The notes under the pieces are model-generated. The model did no database searches and had not been told where the DNA came from. It was given only the letters and a program-made list of their open reading frames with translations. DNA of 64,000 bases, taken from contig OX597834.1 in assembly GCA_951406725.2 (NCBI GenBank), positions 13,454,001 through 13,518,000 on the forward strand. Direction: 5' to 3'. How positions within the stretch are numbered: position 1 is the first letter of the stretch; every line of letters begins with the position of its first letter. Origin of the DNA: Octopus vulgaris (Eukaryota). Shown piece after piece: positions 52,953 through 64,000 of this stretch. The position numbers and the translations under genes were made by a program.

Positions 52953-53349
52953 GGCGCAGGAGTGGCTGTGTGGTAAGTAGCTTGCTTACGAACCACATGG
53001 TTCCGGGTTCAGTCCCACTGCGTGGCATCTTGGGCAAGTGTATTCTGCTGTAGCACGGGCCGACCAATGTCTTGTGAGTGGATTTGGTAGACGGAAACTG
53101 AAAGAAGCATATCGTATATATGCATATATATATGTATGTGTGTGTGTGTGTGTGTTTGTCCCCCTAGCATTGCTTGACAACCGATGCTGGTGTGTTTACG
53201 TCCCCGTAACTTAGCGGTTCGGCAATGAGTGACCGATAGAATAAGTACTGGGCTTACAAAGAATAAGTCCCGGGGCCTATGTGCTCGACTAAAGGCGGTG
53301 CTCCGGCATGGCCGCAGTCAAATGACTGAAACAAGTAAAAGAGTAAAAG
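52953..53349 (+). mobile_element. SINE family A, full length
   Basis: Matches family A from head to tail. Confidence 0.92.
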
Positions 53350-53831
53350 GTAATGGATGTATATTGTGGGTTTAAAGATAGACCTAATAGGATTTAAACG
53401 TGTAATACTGGCGTTGCAAATGACAACAGACCAATGTTATGTGGACTGATGTAAAAGAAAGACTAATTTGAAGTCCATGAAGGGAAGAAGTGAAAAAATA
53501 TGCAAAACCGATTTGAAATGATTGTGGTGAATTAAATGAATGAATGCTATGTAGAAGAACAACTTCTGTAGTTTTCTTTCTTTTGGCTCCACGGATAGAG
53601 AAGTCAATTTGAAATGCCAAATATTCTGAGACGACTTATTATTGCTGGACGAAAGAGTATAGTGGGGGTAATATGTGTTGAGAAAAAATATCTGTGCTTA
53701 TTTACAATGAAATAAATTAAAATAGCGCCATAAAAATGTGTTTTGGAAGTAATTGGTATAAATGGCTCACATACAGATTCTTCTTCCTCACAAATATATG
53801 TATAGTTACATGTATGTATGTATGTACGTAT

Positions 53832-54247
53832 ACTCTTTACTCTTTTACCCTTTTACTTGTTTCAGTCATTTGACTGAGGCCATGCTGGAGCACCGCCTTT
53901 AAACGAGCAACTCGACCCTGGGACTTATTCTTTTGTAAGCCCAGTACTTATTCTATTGGTCTCTCTTTTGCCGAACCTCTAAGTAACGGGGACATAAATA
54001 CACCAGCATCGGTTGTCAAGCAATGCTAGGGGAACAAACACAGACACACAAACACACACACATACATATATATATACATATATACAACGGGCTTCTTTCA
54101 GTTTCCGTCTACCAAATCCACTCACAAGGCTTTGGTCGACCCGAGGCTATAGTAGAAGACACTTGCCCAAATTGCCACGCAGTGGGACTGAACCCGGAAC
54201 CATGTGGTTGGTAAACAAGCTACTTACCACACAGTCACTCCTGCGCC
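53832..54247 (-). mobile_element. SINE family A, full length, inserted in a (TATG)n tract
   Basis: Reverse-complement match; tatg repeats on both flanks. Confidence 0.92.
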
Positions 54248-54676
54248 TATGTATGTATGTATGTATGTATGTATGTATGTATGTATGTATGTATGTATGT
54301 ATGCATGCATGTATTATGTATGTAGGTATATATGTATATGATAATACATGTATGTGTATTCATACGTGAAGGTTTATTTTGTGTATGTGACTGTAGATTT
54401 TTAGGAATTATCGTGATTTTTTACGCTTTTAAACGTACCATTTAAATTCACCTCATGCATATTGGTGAAATGTACGGCTTCAGGTAATATAGGCAGATAA
54501 CACTTACAGGTAAATGTTAATTTCTAAGCATATTCTCAGGCTTTTTGCAATTGACATTTCCCTTTATTATATTGTGCATTTATAAACAGATAGTTCTAGT
54601 TCTGTAATAAAATATATTTCATATACAGACATATATGAATACATACATGCATACACACACACACACACACACACAC

Positions 54677-54734
<58 letters not shown>

Positions 54735-54765
54735 TATGCACATATAACTATATATACTTACATAC

Positions 54766-54800
<35 letters not shown>

Positions 54801-54852
54801 CACACATATATATAGATATATATATATATATGTAAAAATATAAGTATGTATA

Positions 54853-54896
<44 letters not shown>

Positions 54897-55049
54897 CAGG
54901 TAGGAGTTTTGGTTGTTGATTAGGTGAGGTACGCATAAGACCAAGATCAAAATGAATGGAAGACAATAGTACACATTTGTTCACAATTTGAAAAAAGCGA
55001 GAAGGAAGCTGGCGAAAATTAAGGGAGGCGTTAGACAGATTGCACTTGT

Positions 55050-55560
55050 TGGAAATGAGGGCGTGTTGATATTTATGTTTGTTATTTGTGGGAGAAAATA
55101 ACTGAGTCTCGGAGGCCTGTTCATCCATTTCAGAACTCATAGGAATCAACGCATTGTAAATTGTGATATGGCTGTTGTTCACAACAGAAAATGTGCAGTG
55201 TGTGGAAAGTTGTTTCTTTCAGTTGGAAGATTGACGTAGCAAGTCAATAGAGTTCATTCTGTGACACTTGTTCCTTGTGCCGGCGAGCACAGTTGGCATT
55301 ATGCAATAGAATGTACAATTGTTTCCCCGGGGTGAAGAGACCTACAAGGGCTTCAGGTTGCATCATCACAGACCCATTTAACTTATTCTTTCTAGCAATG
55401 GCTTTCCTCGTATAGCGGAAAGCAGCTAAGAGAATTCCATCTTGCATGACGTAAGTTTTTTCAAACTTTACAGTAAGAAATTTGCCAGTTTCTTCAAAGA
55501 AACAAAAAAACTCCGGTCAAAGGAAATAGAAATTTCCTGTCATCTCGCAATCCTTCTGAC
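55050..55560 (-). pseudogene. Decayed Ginger2/KRBA2-like integrase-type transposase N-terminal region
   Basis: KTYVMQDG..., KQLYILLHNANCARRHKEQ (~LFDILH.AH...GHGGR), TCYVNLP and CTFC-like residues suggest an HHCC zinc-binding region; frameshifted. Confidence 0.4.
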
Positions 55561-55580
55561 TCAATAATCTTTTTTGTTGT

Positions 55581-55899
55581 GTGGACGCCCGCAGACGATG
55601 AAGTAGGCTATCCCAATACGTAGATATAGAGGGAGACGCCTAGACGTCAAGAGAGAGTCGAGCTGAGAGTGGTCGAGAAGAGCAGAGTTTCGGTGAGAGT
55701 TGAGTAGAAGGCATCCGGACGTGCGACATAGCAGTGGCTACGGGGATGAGATGCTCCCACAGGACATGTGTAGTATTGCAATATAACACTTTTCTTCGCC
55801 ATTCTTGAAATTAATCTGGAGTTTCTCGTAATTACTTAGAAACTCTGGGATGAATGTAAATGCAGTACTGAGCGATGATATTTTACTCGAAGTTCATTA

Positions 55900-55903
<4 letters not shown>
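55581..55903 (+). mobile_element. Probable solo LTR
   Basis: Starts TG(tggacgcc) and ends ..ataCA; about 320 bp; GC/purine-rich 5' half; polyA-signal-like aatataa near 55780. No clear TSD. Confidence 0.55.
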
Positions 55904-55930
<27 letters not shown>

Positions 55931-55931
55931 T

Positions 55932-56337
55932 ACTCTCTCTTCTACTCTTTTACTTGTTTCAGTCATTTGACTGCGGCCATGCTGCGGCATCGCCTTTAGT
56001 CGAGCAAATCAACCCCGGGACTTATTCTTTGTAAGCCCAGTACTTATTCTATCGGTCTCTTTTGCCGAACCGCTAAGTGACAGGGACGTAAACACACCAG
56101 ATTCGGTTGTCAAGCAAACCTAGGGGGACAAACACAGACACACAAACATACACACACACGCATATATATACATATATACGACAGGCTTCTTTCAGTTTCC
56201 GTTTTCCAAATCCACTCACAAGGCATTGGTCGGCCTGAGACTATAGCAGAAGACACTTGCCCAAGATGCCATGCAGTGGGTCTGAACCCGGAAACATGTG
56301 GTTGGTAAGCAAGCTACTTACCACACAGCCACTCCTG
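55932..56337 (-). mobile_element. SINE family A, near full length
   Basis: Reverse-complement match to family A. Confidence 0.92.
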
Positions 56338-57872
56338 CCGAAGTTTCATTCAAAAGCAATGGAATATGGCTACCCAGGTTTACCTGACTGAAATATTAAT
56401 CTATTTCACAATTTTTCAAGCTGAGGAGAAGTTCGCTTTTATGTTGTTTTCAAAGCAAATGGCCTTTGAACTGAGACCGCTCATCAGGAAGAAGGTAATA
56501 ATAAAAGTACATGGGAGATAACCAAGGCTACAATAAATACAAGCCAAGAAGTAAACAACTTAATGTTTTACGATGCATCTCTTGGCTTTCTTCTAAATTC
56601 TGTCAATATCTATAACCATGTGTGTATAAAGAAATATATATACACACACACAAACACACACAAACTTACACACATATACATACAACCACATATATGTTAA
56701 TATACATACTTACGTTCACACGTTTTAAAATATATATCTTTATACGAATATTCATGTGTATGAATATAAGTGTGTGTGTGCGTATATTCATATATTTCTA
56801 TATACGTATGTATATGTTCATGTACGTGTGAAATCAAAAAGAAGAGAAAGATTTCGTTGCTTTTGTTGATCAAAGGACCAAAATATTTGGCAGGATTGGA
56901 CAATCGAAACATAGTGTTTTCAGTTGTACACTCAGAGACCTTTTTGGCTCAAATATATTACAAAATATCTTCATGGGTTGCTAGATTGCTTAATATATTG
57001 CCACGCTGACGTTCACAAATGTTTCCTATGAAAATATAATTCGCTGCCAATATATTTAAACGTCTGTTTTGTTACGCAATTAATTACAGCAAATGTTTTA
57101 GGAATGGACATAACTGAAGCGTGCTCACCAGACCGATGAATCGCGTTGGAACATTTTGATAACAATGGTTAATAAGTCTAGCATAGAATTAAATCATAAT
57201 GGTATAATAATGTAGGAAATACACTAATGCCATTATTCAAAATCATTACGGTAATGATTCTAAACTGAAAGCATTTAACTGGTAATTTCATTAATATATC
57301 TTTGTTGCTTGAGTGTAACGTATTGTTGCTATATTTGGACTTAGTTTTGACCATGTCAATCCTGATTAAAATGACACAGTAGATTTAGTAGGAGAAGATA
57401 AAATTAAAAACATCCTAAGACGTTTCTTGCTATCCTGGCTTCCCTCCAAACGCGGTCGCACGACCTACTAATATTGCCAAGAAAATAATTTTTAAATTCT
57501 ACCCTAACATCTTGAGAAGGTAATTGAAAATGCTGGATAGAGTAACCGTGAATATAATTTAGTTGTAAAGAAAAGTGCATGGCCTTGTCTCAGGAGACGT
57601 TCAAAGTATTTTGGCTACAGGAACCTAAAATACTATTTTTGTTACCTATCGTGCACTTGTCAGTTAACAACGCATGAACATACACACACACACACACACA
57701 ATTACACACACACGTACTGACACACACATACATACACACAAACGGACACACACAGCATATACATAACTGTTAATCAAAGATTCACAAACCTGTTCATCAA
57801 ACGGGAACGTAAAAGTTCTACCTTTGTTATGCGAGACCTACTTCCACCTTGTTTTGCACTTACGTGCACACT

Positions 57873-57934
<62 letters not shown>

Positions 57935-57950
57935 TATATATATGCATATA

Positions 57951-58477
<527 letters not shown>

Positions 58478-58884
58478 TATATACATATATAACGTGAATT
58501 GAATGGAATGAATTATCCAGGCAGGTACTGCAGCAGCTGTCTGGTGTATTCAGGTTTCATTGCTTAGTATAAGCAATCCTGTTGTAATTAACCTGATGGG
58601 TGACTCGGAGTTAAGGAAATTATGTAGTCATGAATAAAGGAAGTTAGTTTGCTTCAAATCAAGCTTGTGGAAAGAGACGGACAGGATGAATACGACAGAC
58701 TACATTAGATTTCATACGTAACGCCACATATGCTGTGCTGCAGGAACACATTTCGACCACTTCAAATTTTGAGCAACGAATGATGGTTTATGGCTAATTG
58801 TAATATCAAAAAAACAATCTCTGTAGTTGTTATCTCCCACTTTCTCTCTCTATCTATCTATCCATCTATCTCTATCTATCTATC

Positions 58885-58924
<40 letters not shown>

Positions 58925-58928
<4 letters not shown>

Positions 58929-59535
58929 TTGGTTGGCATCCTTTTTGTCATGGAGACAATGGAGTTGCACATAAAATAGTCTAGTCCGGCTTTTACATTT
59001 CATATCCTGATACATTTCCTGCTGTGGCTGTGTAGTCCTATCCTGGACAAACACTCCCTCTGGCAGGTGCCGCAAATGTAGCGAAGACTGTTCCTGTCTG
59101 GTTGTAATGTCATAGTTTCTTGTTGACGTATTTTCTTGTCTTTCCGTTTCTCCCCTCTCTCTCTGTCACTCCTTTGTTTTCCCTCTTTTACGTTACGTCG
59201 CCAACCTCCACGGTTGCTGGCTATTGTTTCCCAACTGCTAATATTGATGTTGCAGGCCTTCATGTCCCTTTTGCAAACATCCTTGTAACGTAAGAACGGT
59301 CTACCCACAGACCTAGTACCCCTAGCAAGCTCTCCGTAGAGTATGTCCTTGGGGATTCTGCCATCTTTCATACGGCTAACATGCCCAAGCCATCTCATAT
59401 GTCTTTGTGTTAGGAGTGCAAACATGCTTGGTATTCCTGCTTGCTTGAGGACATCTTTGTTTGGGATATGATTCTGACATTTGATGCAGAGGATTTTCCG
59501 GAGGCAGCGCAGGTGAAAGAAGTTTAGGCGACGCT
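58925..59535 (-). mobile_element. 5'-truncated RTE-clade LINE (ORF C-terminus and 3' tail)
   Basis: RLNFFHLRCLRKIL..., MRWLGHVSRMKDGRIPKDILYGEL..GTRSVGRPFLRYKDVCKRDMK, C2H2-like CGTCQRECLSRIGLHSH; tail ggatgccaaccaaccaa. Confidence 0.92.
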
Positions 59536-59564
59536 CTTACATATATATATGTAAATAGATGTGA

Positions 59565-59921
59565 ATGTGTGTGGCTGCGCGGTGAGAAGCTTGCTTCCGA
59601 TTACAGTTACAGTACGCGTATTATTGGGCAAGTGTCTTCTACTATAGCCTCGAGCCGAACAAAGTCTTGTGACTAGATTTATTAGGCAGAAACTGAAAGT
59701 TGTCTGTCGCATATAGATAGATAGATATATAAATATGTATTTGTGTGTCTATATCTGTCCCCACCCTACTAGTGATATTTCTGTGTTTAGGTCCCATATC
59801 ATAGTAGTTTATCACTAGAGACCGACGGAACGAGTATTAGGCTTTCAAAGTTCTAGTGTCCATTTGTTTGACCAAAGCCGTTGCCCCATTATAGCCGCAG
59901 TCAAATAAACGAAAGAAGTAA
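59565..59921 (+). mobile_element. Degenerate SINE family A
   Basis: gtggctgcgcggtgagaagcttgc...ttgggcaagtgtcttctactatagcc...gccgcagtcaaa. Confidence 0.75.
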
Positions 59922-59958
59922 ATTAACAAATAATAAAATTATATATATATATATATAT

Positions 59959-60202
<244 letters not shown>

Positions 60203-61019
60203 TATATTATATTCATGCATAGGTAAGTTTTTTGCTCTTCAACTCTGTTATGATTTTGACAGATCATATCTAATCTTTAATAAGCAGATTAAGTTAGTGT
60301 AAATATAATATTCCTTTCCTCATTACAAAACTTTGTGTTATGATCTCTACAGTTTTAACTTGTTTGCATTCCTTGAATTCTTCTTTTTTTTTTGTCGTTA
60401 TTTATCATAATACGTACTATCATGCTTAAGCAGCTATCACATGTATGACACTAATATGCACCGCTATTTATTTTCTATTTCTTTTGTTTTATTTATCAAA
60501 TTTTTGTTTCTTAAATGCAAATTCTGCTTTATTCTTGCTATTGTTATTTTTGATCTTCGGTCGTTATTTTCTTTGTCTTTTGGGGGGGTTGTTATTTTTG
60601 TTATTTTCGCGTATTTTCGTTGTGTATACATTGTCGTTTATTGATTCTTTCTGTCGAGTCGTTGGTGAAGTTGTTACTTGTCGTAAATCTGTGAGAATCA
60701 ATAATACGTCCTTCTTCTTTATTCATTATTCGTGCTGTCATCATTATCATCATTAACATCGTTGATATGGACGTCTTTGTCGACGTCGTCATCGTCATCG
60801 CTATCCTCAACACCAACATCGGCGTCTTATCCACATCCTCATCGTCGGCGCGGAAATTTCTAAATATTATTCGAGACGTAATATTCCACAACTTCACCGT
60901 TTATATTCTTCCCGGATAGCAAATTCCAAGTTGTTCTGCACGGCAGTTTCCTCGGAGACAATGTCTCTCTGTAATGGGGAAATAAAGTAAATTATTCTCA
61001 TATATACATACTAACATAG

Positions 61020-61190
61020 ACACATATATAAGTGTGCAGACATACGCAGACACGTACACAAATAAACCTATATTCACATTGTATATATATATAAATATAT
61101 ACATATATAAGTGTGCAGACATACGCAGACACGTACACAAATAAACCTATATTCACATTGTATATATATATATAAATATATATATACATA
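61020..61190. repeat. Tandem duplication of ~78 bp
   Basis: atataagtgtgcagacatacgcagacacgtacacaaataaacctatattcacattgtata occurs twice. Confidence 0.92.
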
Positions 61191-61356
61191 TAAAGGGAAA
61201 GTTTACGAAAATAAACTAAAGACGAAGGCAAGTGGAGTACAAATAAACAAATGCATTAGTATAGCGCTCAGGAATAGAAAAAGTCTTTTACGTTTCGAGC
61301 CTACGCTCTTCGACAGAAAGATACACAGAAGAAAACAAGGAGAGAAGCAAGGAGAG

Positions 61357-61360
<4 letters not shown>
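61191..61360 (-). mobile_element. Penelope-like short repeat carrying a variant hammerhead motif (copy 2)
   Basis: Reverse complement of 36803-36988. Confidence 0.65.
61284..61321 (-). ncRNA. Minimal type-I hammerhead-like motif, variant core CUGUCGA
   Basis: Minus strand UCUUU-CUGUCGA-A-GAGC guag GCUC-GAAAC-GUA-AAAGA. Confidence 0.55.
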
Positions 61361-61451
<91 letters not shown>

Positions 61452-61671
61452 GTATGTATGTATGTATATATACATACACACGCACGCAGATGAACAGATG
61501 TATTTATTATTCCTTGTTTTTTTTAAGTTGTACTAGAAATTTTACAATAAACTTTTGGATCGATGCCTAGATGCGTACCTATTTAATCCGGGTATATCGC
61601 AGGACGTAAGTATCATATTTCAATTCTATTATAATCTGATTCATCCTTAACTTATGTATATTATGCTTTAT

Positions 61672-61860
61672 ATTTTGATTGTTTCAGCCATTGGAATGCA
61701 GGCATTATGGGGCATCGCATGGATGGATTTAATCGAAAAAAAAAATCGATCAAAATATATTTTCATATTGGCGATTTTTGCAGAGCGGTCAATTAACAGG
61801 GACGAAAACAAACCAACTTCGGTAGTCGAGCGGTGGTGTGGAACGAACACAAATACAAGA
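61672..61860 (-). mobile_element. Degenerate SINE family A 3' half
   Basis: ttgtttcagccattgg...acagggacgaaaacaaaccaacttcggtagtcgagcggtgg. Confidence 0.5.
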
Positions 61861-61947
61861 CACACACACACAAATATGTACATACATACACCTACCCCAA
61901 CACACCCACATATATATATATATATATGATGTTTATCATAACGATAT

Positions 61948-62446
61948 ACTCTTTTACTTGTTTCAGTTATCTAACTGCGGCCATGCTGGAGTACGGTCTT
62001 TATTTGAGCAAATCAACCACATGATGTATTCTTTGTAAGCCTAGTACTTATTCTATCGGTTTCTTTTGCTGAACTGTTAATTTACTGAGTCGTAAACACA
62101 CCAGCATCTGTTCACAAACAGATCACAAATACAAACACACACACAAACACATACATATGTATATATATATATATATATATACATACATATATACATACAT
62201 ACATACATACATACATACATACATACATACATACATACATACATACATACATTTATACATACATATATACATACATACATATATAAGAAGAGGTCTTTCA
62301 GTTTCCATCTACCAAATCCACTCACAAGGCATTGATCGGCCCGAGGCTATAGTAGAAGACACTTGGCCAAGGTGCCACGCAGTGGGACTGAACCCGGAAC
62401 CATGTGGTTTGTAAGACATTACTTACCACAGAGACACTCTTGCGCC
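61948..62446 (-). mobile_element. SINE family A with an expanded internal (TACA)n
   Basis: Reverse-complement match; a further degenerate 5' half follows at 62470-62620. Confidence 0.88.
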
Positions 62447-63282
62447 TATATATTTACGTATATCTATAACGACGGACTCCTTTAAGTAATCGTCTATCAA
62501 ATTCATTCACAAATTTGGATGATCACGGTCTGTATTCGAAGACATTTGTCCAAAGTTTCGCGCCATGACACTGAACCTAGTAAACAAACTTCGCTAACGT
62601 CTTACCACAGAGCCACGCCAGCTCTTACCTGGTTAACGGTGTTAGTTTTATAATTATTTCTCACGCGTAATATGCTCTCTATACCAAGCGATTTGTAGAG
62701 TAGAGCATAGATACAGAATAATGCAAGCTGTTACCTATATTTCACACAGAATAGTATAATGCTTGTGTGATTAAATGCCGTTGGTAAAAGATGCTATGGA
62801 AGGCAATGAAAAACCCGAATGGCTGTTTAGACACTAACTTATTTTACTCACAAATGATAGAGATTATCATTCGGTCACTCTTTATCTTTGCACAGCCTTA
62901 TAATGACGTGTAAGAAATTATGGAATTCCAGAAGACAGTACTGTCCTTTTTTTTTTCATTTTCACAATTCTTGTGGAAGAGATATCGATCGATAAAACCG
63001 CTTCTCACGCCGGTTTACGAAATTCAGTTTACACTTACACACACACACACACAAATACAAACACAAACGCACTTATATAACCAAAAATTAGTTCCATACA
63101 TATCTATGTGCGTATATGCGTATATATATGTTTATACGTGTGTGTGGATGTGTATATATATATATATATATATGTATATTATATTATATATATATATATA
63201 TATATATAACATGTATATTATATTATATATTATATATATTCTGTTAGAATATAAGTATCTATGTGTGTATATATATATACAT

Positions 63283-63315
<33 letters not shown>

Positions 63316-63403
63316 CATGTATATTATATTATATATATATATATATATCTGTTAGTATTTAAGTATATATGTGTGTATATATATACATATATATATATGT
63401 AAA

Positions 63404-63434
<31 letters not shown>

Positions 63435-63475
63435 GTGTGTCTATATGTGTATATATATATATATATATATACGTA

Positions 63476-63510
<35 letters not shown>

Positions 63511-64000
63511 AATATATATATATATATTATACATATATATATATATATACAGGTATGTATATATGTAACCAATTGTGTACATATGTATGTGTTTAGGTAT
63601 ATATTAGGTATATATCATTTATGCCGTGATTTTCGATAAAAAGGAGACGACGGTAAACTCTTGTAGTCGCCACGCCGTGACAAAACTAAAGAAACACAGT
63701 AAAATGTTTTGAATTCGATCTAAAGCCACACGCCAAAATATTCTTTCATGTATAGTAAATCAGATCCTATTGATGTATATCATAACGATGCATATGATAT
63801 GATTAATGGCTGTGGACGCCAGGGGGCTATGTGAGCGCCTTATGATCTGCTGTGTTGCTCGCAAACGGTTAGTTGTGTGTGGTCTGTCCGATTGTTTCAA
63901 CTGACGAATATAGTCACTGTAAGACGGTGAAGAAAGACAAAGCATTTTGCTTTTCTTTTTTTGTTTGTATATGCATTGTCTGAGAGAGCCGTAAACACAC

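Noticed and set aside
58550-58580. 8-bp hairpin followed by GAAAC on the minus strand as a hammerhead
   Set aside because: No CUGANGA-like core upstream and no stem I.
63898-63930. CUGACGA followed by a hairpin as a hammerhead
   Set aside because: The required GAAA after stem II is absent (agac).

Overview
AT-rich eukaryotic non-coding DNA (intergenic or deep intronic). The SINE families and the very dense (TA)n/(CA)n microsatellites resemble octopod cephalopod (Octopus-like) genomes; this is recognition from memory, not a search. No intact host gene is recognisable: nearly all listed ORFs are microsatellite or SINE translations. The window is layered mobile DNA: three to four tRNA-derived SINE families (over 20 copies, some nested, dimeric or inverted), decayed LINEs (CR1-like, R4/Dong-like, RTE), Tc1/mariner, hAT-like and Ginger-like transposase remnants, three non-autonomous Helitrons and a solo LTR. 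The most interesting signals are at RNA level. (1) A 401-bp TSD-flanked, non-coding, bipartite RTE-derived element (3546-3946, minus) whose 5' end folds by eye into an HDV-like ribozyme with a co-varied P1.1. (2) Several unrelated short repeats beside microsatellites that carry minimal type-I hammerhead-like motifs with non-canonical cores. All folds and family calls were made by eye and need computational and biochemical confirmation.
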